From assembly GCA_951406725.2 (NCBI GenBank), contig OX597837.1, positions 34,472,001-34,536,000 on the forward strand: a DNA stretch of 64,000 bases, written 5' to 3'. Below, in pieces: positions 52,653 through 64,000 of this stretch (the first letter of the stretch is position 1; every line of letters begins with the position of its first letter). Source of the stretch: Octopus vulgaris. Taxonomy: Eukaryota. The translations under genes and the position numbers were made by a program. The notes beneath the pieces were generated by a model. It saw only the letters and a program-made list of their open reading frames with translations, was not told the origin of the DNA and did not search any database.

Positions 52653-53037
52653 CGTAGGAGTGGCTGTGTGGTAAGTAGCTTGCTAACCAACCACATGGTT
52701 CCGGGTTCAGTCCCACTGCGTGGCATCTTGGGCAAGTGTCTTCTGCTATAGCCTCGGGCCGACCAATGCCTTGTGAGTGGATTTGGTAGACGGAAACTGA
52801 AAGAAGCCTGTCGTATATATGTATGTATGTGTTTGTGTGTCTGTGTTTGTCCCCCTAGCATTGCTTGACAACCGATGCTGGTGTGTTTACGTCCCCGTCA
52901 CTTAGCGGTTCGGCAAAAAGAGACCGACAGAATAAGTACTGGGCTTACAAAAGAATAAGTCTTGGGGTTGATTTACTCGACTAAAGGCGGTGCTCCAGCA
53001 TGGCCACAGTCAAATGACTGAAACAAGTAAAAGAGTA
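52651..53037 (+). mobile_element. SINE family A
   Basis: Full-length near-consensus copy. Confidence 0.88.
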
Positions 53038-53821
53038 TAGAGAGAGAGGGGGATGATTTCTTCTATCTCGTTAATAGGATTACTACAACTTTTATGAGGA
53101 CCATCCTCGACAGGGCATTTTAAAAACCGACTCCAGAATAATGAAAGTTAAAACTCAATCTCGGCCGGGATTTGAACTCGAAAACGTTGACGAACAAGAC
53201 GAAAAGCGCGTTCACTTATTACGCATTCTTCTCGTGATATTTTCATCTCGAAATGTTAAATAATTTCTTGACTCAGACAAAATATACATTAACAAATTAT
53301 TACTATGAGGTGACCGAGCTGGCAGAACCGATTGAGCACGTTGGGCAAAATGCTCGATGGCGCTGCTTTCGGCTGTTGACGTTCCGAGTCCATACCCCAC
53401 CGAAGTACCTACCACCGAGGTCGATTTTGCCTTTCATACTTTCGGGGGGGTCGATGAAATAAATACATAACCAGTTGAACACCAGAGTCGACGCAATCGA
53501 CCAATCCCTTTCTCATAAAATTGCTGGCTTTGTGTCATTAATTATTATTATTATTATTATTCGGAAAATAATAACGATTAAGTACAAGGCCCACACATTG
53601 GAGGACGGCCGAGGGAAAGGGATGAACGAAGGGATCAAATTCCCACCCCCGTTATTTGACCGATTTTAATTTTATCTGGTCCTTGAATTAAGATAATGAT
53701 TAATAACAATCGATTATGGTTGACAAAATAAAACAACCACAACAAATTTATCGGGGAGGGGCCAGAGATTAATATATAAGCATCACACACACACACACTA
53801 TACATATATACACACACACAG

Positions 53822-53855
<34 letters not shown>

Positions 53856-54481
53856 CATACACATACACACACAACAGAAGACACGCACACACGGACTTTA
53901 TGTATGCGGTCGCTCGACCTGCTAGAAATAATCCCTTTCTACTATAGACACGATGCTGGATTACCAAAAAAAAAAAAAAAGACGAGTGGTCATGGCCGGA
54001 ACATCTTTGATCGTATGTCTGTTCGGTCAGAGCTGGTATGGGACCAAACAACAAACACAACTACCACCATCAAGTCACTAAAAACCGGTGTACAAAACAA
54101 GAAATAAATGAACGGACAGGGTCAACGGGTGGAAATCGAACCGGTGGTAAGGCATTAAAACAGAATGACTCTCCCCAGACACAACTCTCTATCTCTCTCT
54201 CTCTATATATATATATATATACATACATACATACATACATGCATATATATATATGTGCTGAGGTGTAGGATACGCACTCACCTACTTTCGATTTGAAAAA
54301 GAAAAATTATTTTCTCAGGAATTCAAAGGTCCGATCAGTGTTTGCCATAGGAAACGTACCCCCACATCCTTAGGTAGATTTGTGACGCTTGAGAAGGGAG
54401 CAAGCGAGCTTTCGGAATTACAAGAAATAACAGCCAAATCGTTTTGTTTTGTTTTAATTAAAATTTTTTTTAACAATCTGG

Positions 54482-54497
54482 GCCTGTCGTATATATG

Positions 54498-54534
<37 letters not shown>

Positions 54535-54745
54535 TTGTGTTTGTCCCCCTAGCATTGCTTGACAACCGATGCTGGTGTGTCTACGTCCCCGCCACTTAGC
54601 GGTTCGGCAAAGGAGACCGATAGAATAAGTACTGGGCTTACAAAGAATAAGTTCCGGGGTCGATTTGATCGACTAAAGGCGGTGCTCCAGCATGGCCGCA
54701 GTCAAATGACTGAAACAAGTAAAAGAGTAAAAAAGAGAGTAAAGA
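54482..54745 (+). mobile_element. SINE family A, 3' half
   Basis: Matches consensus 3' half and tail. Confidence 0.8.
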
Positions 54746-55043
54746 TAGAAAAGAAAATCGCAATCGAGAAAGAATTTGAAACGCATCGTGGCCAGCGATG
54801 TGCAGCAACACTCGATAATCTGGTCAGTACAGGTGACACACACACACGTATATATACCTGTATGTATGTATATATATTTAAAATCACAATAAGGGTGAGA
54901 AAATTGAATATTAATTAATCACATCAATTTAAAACACCAAGTGTGTTGAATTAATGCTTGAGAACAATTCTTTAGTGGTGGATTCCCTTTGCGGATCTAT
55001 TTCTAGCGTTAGAGTGACCACATGTGGTCCCTCTCTTATTACT

Positions 55044-55096
<53 letters not shown>

Positions 55097-55143
55097 CTTG
55101 TATTGGGGATTAACAAAAAAGTCTGAGAGAGCTGCACGTCTCC

Positions 55144-55175
<32 letters not shown>

Positions 55176-55580
55176 GTTGAGGTGTATATAAGAACGTATT
55201 AGAGTACAAAATAGAGTTCGTTCATCCTAAGAATTACCAGATACCCGGCACTATTATGGTATCCTACCAATTCTTTCCTTTATATATATATAATCAAGTA
55301 AGGTAATAAACCTCATTAAGGGATCACAAATCCAACGAAAATACTGCTTAGATACCAATTTAAAGAAAGTTCAACTATAAGGTAACTATGTAAACCGTGG
55401 TTCATATATTTATATATTTCAAGAATAAGAAAAATGGAGAGGTAATTAATAAAATTATTTATTATACAATTAATAGTTTTATTAATTAACTCTCCATTTT
55501 CTCCTTATTTTTTTTTATCTATATGTGTGTGTAAATAGGAAGGGATTACCCCAAACTTTTACTGGGTATTATCTTTGATA

Positions 55581-56078
55581 TCTTTATATATAAAAGTAAG
55601 GTTGTGTGTCTGTCTCCTACGATTTAGATTCCTAACTACTCCCACATTTTGCGGTGCAGTTTAACCAAAACCGGGTATCTTATAGTCGTGATTCATATCG
55701 AGCCCTTCTGGGTATTAGCGCGCGTCTACGATGAGTCTACGATTTAAAAAAAAATTACCATCATTTTTTCCATTTTAATGCATTTTTTCGCTATTATATA
55801 AGGGAAGTAACTCTCTAAAAAATGTCTACGATGTGTCAACGATTTAAAAAAAATTTACCATCATTTTTTTCCATTTTAATGCATTTTTTCGCTATTATAT
55901 AAGGGAAGTAACCTCTCTAAAAATGTCTACGATGTGTCAACGATTTTTGAAAAAATTTACCATAATTTTCTTTACATTTTTAATGCATTTTTTTGCTATT
56001 TTTTGGCTATAACTCTCTAAAAATGCTTATATAGTTATTTCCCTTACAAACCCGAGCAACGCCGGGCGATACTGCTTG
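55581..56078 (+). mobile_element. Non-autonomous Helitron with internal ~100-bp tandem duplications
   Basis: A|TCTTTATATA start; CCCGAGCAACGCCGGG hairpin and CTTG end; repeated internal block. Confidence 0.75.
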
Positions 56079-56184
56079 TATGTATATATTAGAAAACAAA
56101 AGAAACATTACGATGACCAGGAACGAATTTTTTAAAAAACCGAAGCAGAAACGAAGAGAGAGAAGATAGCGAAACCAAACCTAC

Positions 56185-56274
56185 TTGTTTGTTGTGACTG
56201 AAGTTGTTACGCAGGACGGCCAAGAGGCAGGCGAGTTTCTGTTTTAGAAAGGCTTTCCTCTGGAACAGACCCAT
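56185..56274 (-). CDS. OXR1: Candidate alternative first coding exon of a short TLDc-only OXR1 isoform (MGLFQRKAFLKQKLACLLAVLRNNFSHNKQ)
   Basis: ATG, 30 codons, then CAA|GTAGGT donor in phase 0, matching the 36080 acceptor. Lies in unique, CpG-containing sequence downstream of a TATA box. No homology evidence. Confidence 0.5.
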
Positions 56275-56469
56275 TTCTAGATGAAACTGCTTTTTGTGTG
56301 GATAATTACGGAGAGATAGGAGTATATTGTTTTGTTTTTGCAGTGGTGGCGGGTGGTTTGTTGAATGTAAACCAAGGTTTGACGGACGGACTTGAAACAG
56401 CGTGGACAGGATTTCTGTAAGTATATACCTGTTATGTCCGACGACAGAACCGGGTTTCGGAGGATTTGC

Positions 56470-56510
56470 TGGCCAGATTTAGGGAGGGCGGGCTTTATAG
56501 AGGGAGGAAC
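56470..56510 (-). promoter_or_regulatory. Putative TATA-containing core promoter (CTATAAAG followed by GC-rich CCCGCCCTCCC)
   Basis: TATAAA at 56499-56494 on the minus strand, about 220 nt upstream of the ATG at 56274, next to a long CT-rich tract. Confidence 0.4.
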
Positions 56511-56725
56511 AGTGGGAGGAGAGAGAGAGAGAGATAAAGTGATGTGGTGGGAGGAGAGAAGCACGAAGAAAAACAACAACAAAACAAACAAGCGTTTGTG
56601 CAAAAAGAAAACACAAAACAGAGAGAGAGAGGGGAGGGTAAGAAGGGGAGGGGGATGGTAAGAAGATGAATGTGAGGGGGAAGGGGAGGGTAAGAAGATG
56701 AATGTGAGGGGGAGGAGGATTTATA

Positions 56726-56756
<31 letters not shown>

Positions 56757-57229
56757 TCAGACTTTTGCGTTTCTCCTCTTTGGTATAAACACTTGTTTTT
56801 CTCTTTCCTCCCTCCGCCTACCATTTCACCTCTCCCTCCTCCTCCCATTACTCTCCCCCCTCTCTCTCTCTCTATACACACACGTGCGTGTGTGTCTGCG
56901 AGAAAAAGAGAGAGAGAGAGAGATGAAGATGGAACGGACTAAGAATATAAATGTGTAAGAGAGAGAGAGAGAGAGAGAGAAGGGGAGGGAACACTATAAG
57001 AGTGAGAAAGACGTAGAGGTCCCAAGAATATACGGGGACGTGTGAAAGAGAGGGGGAGGAGGAACAAAACGACACAAATGTGTGTGAGAGGGAGGGAGGG
57101 AGGGAGAGAGAGAGATGACACAGATGTGTGCTTGTTTAATCTGAGACCAGACCTTGTTTAAAAGCATTCCATCCGTGACCCTCCAGTCATTTGGTAAATC
57201 CAGTGTGTGCACATTTCCTTCCTGTAGAT

Positions 57230-57857
57230 CACTGATGCCCCAACCATTTTTTTTGCCTCTGGACGAACCCCTTTTTAGTCTGCTTTTATTGTTACTGGAT
57301 CTCCAGAACCATTTGATGTAGTTGAAAAAAAAAAAATCCTATATTTTTATATTTAAACTAGCAGTATCGCCCGGCGTTGCTCGGTTTTGTAAGGGAAATA
57401 ACTATATAAGCATTTTTAGAGAGCTATAGCCAAAATATAGCAAAAAAATGCATTAAAAATGGAAAAAAAAACGATGGTAAATTTTTTTTTAAATCGTTGA
57501 CTCATCGTAGACATTTTTAGAGAGTTACTTCCCTTATATAATAGCGAAAAAAATGCATTAAAATGGAAAAAAATGATGGTAAATTTATTTTTTAAATCGT
57601 AGACTCATCGTAGACGCGCGCTAATACCCAGAAGGGCTCGATATGAATCACGACTATAAGATACCCGGTTTTGGTTAAACTGCACCGCAAAATGTGGGAG
57701 GAGTTAGGAATGTAAATCGAAGGGGACAGACACTCACACAACTTCACTTTTATATATAAAGATATTATTAGGAATTGTATAAAAAAAAAAAATATTTTCT
57801 CGTGACAAAATAAATGGAACCCCTAAGGGTCATTTGGACCCTGGTTGAGGACCACTG
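57230..57857. mobile_element. hAT-type MITE containing a nested Helitron
   Basis: cactgatgccccaacc / ggttgaggaccactg ends; TSD ctgtagat/ctgtagac. Confidence 0.6.
57358..57762 (-). mobile_element. Non-autonomous Helitron (same family)
   Basis: TC...hairpin-CTAG termini, A/T flanks. Confidence 0.75.
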
Positions 57858-58158
57858 CTGTAGACGGTGTGTGTGAATAAAGTGGCTTTGGCTGCTATTT
57901 CTAGCAAGTCAGAGGACCGACCGCGTGGAGAGTGTCTGTGTGAAGGGAGAGGGGTAAAGAAAAGGAAAGAGAGAACCAGAGAATCCAGGTAAGAATGGAA
58001 TGGGGGGTGGGTGAGGGGAGATGAGTTTCAGTAGATAGAGAAAGAGAGAGAGAGAGAGGTGGGAGAGACAAAGGGGAGGAGGGGGGTATCAAGTTTTGGT
58101 CTTGAATAAAATCAAAACCCAATATTAACTCTCACCTCTACTCTCACCTCACACCAGT

Positions 58159-58189
<31 letters not shown>

Positions 58190-58539
58190 CTCTCTCTCTC
58201 TCACTCCTCTCTTTGTTACTGTCTCTTTCGCCTCACACCCCCCACTCTCATTTTCTCTCGCCTTATAACCTTCTTCTTTCTCTCTTACTGCCACTCTCGC
58301 CTCACACCTCTCTGCTCTCTTTCCCTTGTTTTCTTCTTCTTCTTCTCCTTACACCCTTTCTCTCTCTCTCTCTCTCTCTCTCTTTCCTTCATTTCACCAC
58401 AACCTTTCTTTCTTCCTCTCTTCTATCCTTTCATTTATTGTCCCCACTAATCTCCCCCCTTCTTTTCTTTTCTTTCCTTAACCCCTTTCCTTTCAATCAC
58501 TCATTTCTGAACAATAAGAAACCCCACATTATCCCCCTA

Positions 58540-58870
58540 CACACACACACACACACACACAGCATTTGTTCTGAAACACACACACACACATGCACGCACA
58601 CACACACACACACACAAACATCGTTTATTCAAAGACATACACACACACACACACACAGCATTTGTTCTAAAACACACACACACATGCATGCACACACACA
58701 CACAAGCAAACAGCGTTTATTCAAAGACATACACATACACACACACAAAAGCATTATTCAAAGACATACACACACACACACACAGAGCATTTGTTCTAAA
58801 ACACATACACACACACACACACACACACAAATAGCGTTTATTCAAAGACACACACACACACACATGCAAA
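58540..58870. repeat. Compound (CA)n minisatellite with alternating AGCATTTGTTCT / CGTTTATTCAAAGAC spacers
   Basis: Directly visible. Confidence 0.85.
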
Positions 58871-60649
58871 CATTTACTCTGACGTACAAGTATTCATGGA
58901 TGCAGATATATATACACAAACGGTTGCAACTACGCAGATGCACATATGTGCAAATACCACTCGTCCTGAGCACGGACTCACACGTATGCACATTTTGATA
59001 ACAGCACCGTCTGCAAACATGCACACATCTGAATAAAAACACGCTCTTTCCAGATTCACATGAACACTAAACACCCACAACTGCAAGTAAGAAACATCGT
59101 ATATACACCCATGTATTTATACATACATGCATCCACATGAACACAACCATTTATACAAACAGTCGCATACACATGCATATATATGTGTGTGTGTGTGTGT
59201 GTATAAAATAATGAAGGTGGGTATACGCAATATAAAATGAGAAAGGAAAAATTCAGTTGTCGCTAATTGCGACTGAGGGTTGCAAGGTAGCACCTACATT
59301 GCTAGAAATAAGAGTTAAAAACCTTTAGAGCTGCAGGAAAAAAAAAATATATGTATATATCGCATTCAGTGAAATGACGGTGGGATCTAATGAAGGACTT
59401 ATTCAAACAATTACCTGCGGAGGTGCATTTTACACCTTGAATGGATGATCATGATTACGTTTAACCAGTGTACTACAGGTGTGAAAATGTGTCGTAACAA
59501 TTGTGGTGAATTTAAAATAAAGAATGGTATTCATTCCATTTTCTATTTATCTATCTGTCTGTCTGTCTGTCTATTCATCTCTCTATCTATACACACACAA
59601 ATACACTGAGAGAGCTTCTATGTAATCACCTGGTTTGCCAGAAATGGCAGTCAAACTCCATCAAAGGACGCATTACATCAGTGACCCCCTCTCCCCAACC
59701 TCTTATTTTCTACTTGTTGTGACTTCTTTTTTGTCCTCACATATCTCTCTGTCAAAGATGCTATTAGTTGATAAAAACAAAAGTCACATTTATTCTACCG
59801 CTTGGGACATTAATTAATTGCAAATGTTTTAGACAAAACACAGTGAATGCAGCAGCTTGCAAAAATAACTGTTTCTATGCAGATAAAACTGTGTTTTAGC
59901 AAACAAAAATTTCTTATGGACAAACGTGTGCAGTAGAGATAGATTCTATAAAGAATAGGGAATATGTTCTATAAAGTAGGAAAATCATAATCATCGTTTT
60001 TTTGGCGACCACTTTTCTATGCCTGCATGGGTCAGACAGAATTTGTTACGACAGATTTTCTATGAACAACACCATCTATATGAGGCTGACATTCATTTAC
60101 AACTGTCATGTGATGTCAAGATAGGACACACACATGCACACACACACACACACATGCTGCATGTGTATGTGCATTGCTGTTGTTGCTTGTTGTCTGCACA
60201 AATGCAAATTTTTGCACTATAGCAAAAAATCAGAGGGAATGCTCTGAGAAAACCAATCAGAACATACAGTTATGTACAGACAAACATGTGATGCAAATTG
60301 TTGTGGGAGATTTTTCTTTCCTTCGCTAGATTCCCTTCCTATCACCAATCAATGAATAATTTCCACAAAAGAAGAAAAATACATATCTTCTCAAAGCGAT
60401 TCTAAAGTCTGGTAGGTACATTAGGATGTTTTGCTGAGGAGGACTAATAAGAAAGGAACATGTCTAGAGTTACTTCTACAGGTACTAAAGAAAGATCAGA
60501 CTCCCTCCCTAATGTATTGGGCTGAGGAATAATTTATGAGCATTATGCAGAAATAAAACACATTGGCAAAATGTTTTATGTTATTTAAAAGAGAATTTGA
60601 AAAGAGTGTTTTGATTTTATTGATTTTTGTGTATTTTCAGATCATTAGA

Positions 60650-61931
60650 ATGGAATGTCAAGTGGACAAAGCTGAGCATTTTCGACACTATTTGCTTTTT
60701 GCATTTAAATGAGGTGCTAAGGCTGCCGAAGCTGCTCGTGAGATTTATGCTGTGTATGAAGAAGGAGCAATGCCTCAAAGTACCACCTGCTGATGGTTTT
60801 TGTGCTTCAAAAATGGGAATTTTGACTTTAAGTATTGAGTTTGATGAAGAGTCATTGAATCAACTTCTTTACGAAAATCCACATCAAAAGACCAGGGAAT
60901 TGGTAGAGCAAATGGCTTGTGATCAAAAAACTGTGGTGAACCACTTTCACTCAATGGGCAAGGTTCAGGAACTCAGCACTTGGGTGCCACACACTTTGAG
61001 CAAAAACAACAAAAATCAATGCTCCACAATTGCCACCAGTTTGCTTGCTCGACATTTGCTTGTCTCAACACACGGTCACAAACAGCATTTTCTTTACCAC
61101 ATTGTCACTGGCGATGAAAAACGGTGCCTTTACATCAATATGAAGCAGCGAAACGAATGTCTCAGCCCCGACAAAGAAGCGACTCTGCGAGCAAAACAGG
61201 ATCTTCATCCTCAGAAGACCATGTTGTGTGTAGGGTGGGACTGGGAAGGCATAATCCATTACGAACTGCTTGAGTGCAACCAAACACTCAATGCGGAGCT
61301 CTATGTTCAACAGCTGCACTGACTCAACAAACCAATTCAGCAAAAAGACCAATTAGGTGAAATGGCATTCTTCTGCAACACTACAGCACCCGTCCTCACA
61401 TCGCCAATATGACCAAAGCTGCGATTCAAGAACTGGAATGGGAAGTGCTGTCTCATCCTTCATACTCTACATCAGTGGTTTTCAACCAGGGTTCTGCCAA
61501 TACAGTCCAGGGGTTCCGCCAGTACAGTCCAGGGGTTCCGCCAGTACAGTCCAGGGGTTCCGCAAGAGGTTACAAAACTGCTAAAATCGGCAGTAATTTT
61601 TAATTCTCCTGTGCAGATATGTGTGCATAAGACTATTAAATTATTGCACAGGGGTTCCCCGAGCCAGTGGAATGTTTCCTTGGGGTTCTGCTCCAGCAAA
61701 AAGTTTGAAAACCACTGCTCTACATACTTGGTGCCGTCAGATTTTCGTCTCTTTTGACCGCTTTCAAATGCTTTGCACAGTGTACCATTGAATAATGACA
61801 TTGGATTGAGGGCTTGGTTGGACGAATTCTTTGAGTCAAGACCGGGAGATTTCTGTTGCCGAGGCATCGAAAAACTTATTGAATGATAGGAGGAAGTCAT
61901 AAACAACAACGGAGAGTATATTATTGATTAT
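60650..61931 (+). pseudogene. Mariner transposase pseudogene
   Basis: MECQVDKAEHFRHYLLFAFK*, WVPHTL, IVTGDEKR, HPQKTMLCVGWDWEG, HPSYS..LVPSDFRLF motifs; multiple stops, frameshifts and a MITE insertion. Confidence 0.9.
61473..61717. mobile_element. hAT-type MITE inserted into the mariner pseudogene
   Basis: TIR cagtggttttcaa / ttgaaaaccactg; perfect 8-bp TSD ctctacat (61465-61472, 61718-61725). Confidence 0.9.
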
Positions 61932-62249
61932 AGTTTTTTTGTTTAAAAAAAATTTGAGAAAAAAAAACAAAAAAAAAAAAACGCTCACAAATTATTCCTC
62001 AACCCAATATATCTTCGTCTAATGAAGGACGGCTGTGGATGAAGAAGTGCTCAGAGATATACATGGAAAAAGTGAGCGGAAGAGGAAAACTAAGGAAGCG
62101 GTAAGAAGGTTTGATATCAAAATGATGCGTGCCATGGAGGAGATGTTGAGGAGACATAAGAAATGTGTTAGAACAAATCTATCCAATATATAATAAGCAA
62201 TATGGGAGAAGGGATGTAACAGGAAATTATGAAGATCATCATAATTGAT

Positions 62250-62460
62250 GCCAGACCCCTCTGGCACCTGTGCAGGTGGCACGTAAAAAGCACCCACTAC
62301 ACTCGCGGAGTGGTTGGCGTTAGGAAGGGCATCCAGCTGTAGAAACACTGCCAGATCAGACTGGAGCCTGGAGCAGCCCCTGGCTCCCCAGAACCCGGTC
62401 GAACCGTCCAACCTGTGCTAGCGCGGAAAACGGACATTAAACGATGATGATGATGATGAT
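62250..62460 (+). mobile_element. Family B retroelement
   Basis: Core plus (GAT)n tail. Confidence 0.8.
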
Positions 62461-63074
62461 CATCATCATCATCATAATCATCTGGTGACCCAGAGGACTG
62501 CAATGAACTCAATGGCTTCTACAGCTGGATGCCCTTCCTAACATGAACTACTTGACAGAGTGTGGTTAGTCGAGATTACTCTGTAAGGAGCATAGGGCTG
62601 GTTTCCTAGTTTCCATGGTGTATATATTCCTCTGTGGATGGGATTACGCAGTTTTGTCTGCTGAATGGACCGGAGCAATGTGAAATGAAGAGTCTTGCTC
62701 AAGGACACAGCGCATTGCCTAGTCCAGGAATTGAAACCACAATCTTACGCTCATAAGTTCAACAACCTAACCACTAAGCCATGCACCTCTACTATTTTAC
62801 AGCATGTAATGGGTGCTTTTTCTTGTGGCACCAGCCCTAGTGAGGTACCTTGCAAGACAAGCTGGAAAAGAAAAATGGTGTTGATGAGGGGTCAAGAAGT
62901 ATCCTTAAAGTACAAAAAGGGGTGGGGTCATGTAGGTAAGTTTGCAAGGGCATCAAAGGAGATTGACAGATGATTAGAGATAGGGCTGGAGGTGAATGGG
63001 GAACAAAGGTAGAGGCATGATCTATATATGTAAGTATGTATATATATGTGTGTGTGTGTGTGTGTATATATATG

Positions 63075-63126
<52 letters not shown>

Positions 63127-63554
63127 TAGATAGATAGATAGATAAATGCACAGATATACAGATACTCAAGGAAATATGAACATTAATAATGGTTTCTAAT
63201 TTTGGCACAAGGTTTGTAATTTCAGGGGTGCGGGCTAGTCAATGTCATCAACCCCAGTATTCAACTGGTACTTATTTTATTGGCCCCCAAAAGAGGCAAA
63301 GTCAACCTCAGTGGAATCTGAACTCAGATCACAAAGGCAGGTGAATTACCACTAAGCATTTTGGCAAGCATGCTAAATATTTTGTCTTAGTATGAATACG
63401 AACTGTAAAACAAAAATGAATTTACTTTAATATTTAAATCACACTTCCTCGTCTCTATGTTCCACCATTATATTATTTTAACTCTAAATTTCAGAGAGAA
63501 CACTCTAATCTATATTACATAAAGATATTTTGAAAGATGTATTAAGAAATATGT

Positions 63555-63610
<56 letters not shown>

Positions 63611-63619
<9 letters not shown>

Positions 63620-63850
63620 TAAATTAGAGATAAAACCACTATTAGGCAAATCAAACAATGAAAAACATAAGCCAATACATAAAATTAATTTAATTTATAT
63701 TATTTTAAATATATATCAAAAGTATTAAACTTTTAATACTTTTGATATATATTTAAAATAATATAAATTAAATTAATTTTATGTATTGGCTTAAGTTTTT
63801 CATTGTATGACTTGCCTAATAGTGGTTTTATCTCTAATTTAATATAATAT
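63611..63850. repeat. AT-rich near-perfect palindrome (~119-bp arms)
   Basis: Centre agtattaaa-ct-tttaatact at about 63730. Confidence 0.9.
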
Positions 63851-64000
63851 AATATATTTATACTATAAAATTGGATTTAATCCTAAATCTGATTTTTCCC
63901 TGTAAGTTTGGATTTATTCCCAAATATTTTATTATTAATTATATATATATATATATATCATCATCATCATCATTTAGCGTCCGTTTTCCATGCTAGCATG

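Larger units (their letters stand above)
60517..62007 (+). mobile_element. Decayed full-length mariner DNA transposon
   Basis: TIRs ttgggctgaggaataatttatgagc / gctcacaaattattcctcaacccaa, flanked by TA at 60515 and 62008. Confidence 0.9.

Noticed and set aside
54270-54360. Strong minus-strand donor TAG|GTGAGT as an OXR1 exon
   Set aside because: The upstream ATG frame stops before the donor; no supporting coding signal.
58213-58998. 261-aa ORF
   Set aside because: (CT)n/(CA)n repeats.
60627-61322. Active transposase or SETMAR-like gene
   Set aside because: Stops, frameshifts and a MITE insertion; no SET domain.

Overview
AT-rich, repeat-dense animal genomic DNA, most likely octopus/coleoid cephalopod (inferred from the SINE families and long (TA)n/(CA)n microsatellites; not database-checked). 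One protein-coding gene is supported. It is the 3' half of an OXR1/NCOA7/mustard-family TLDc gene on the minus strand, with five phase-consistent exons (36080-35967, 34469-34317, 33999-33904, 33642-33569, 30950-30815), one GC-AG intron, a candidate TATA-driven alternative first exon at 56274-56185 (short TLDc-only isoform) and a probable long 3'UTR. The rest is tRNA-derived SINEs, RTE-related elements, Helitron/piggyBac/hAT/mariner MITEs, a decayed mariner, fold-back palindromes and microsatellites. The most unusual signal is several minimal Penelope-type hammerhead ribozyme motifs, including one built into the body of a tRNA-headed SINE family. Nearly all ORFs in the supplied track are microsatellite or SINE artefacts.
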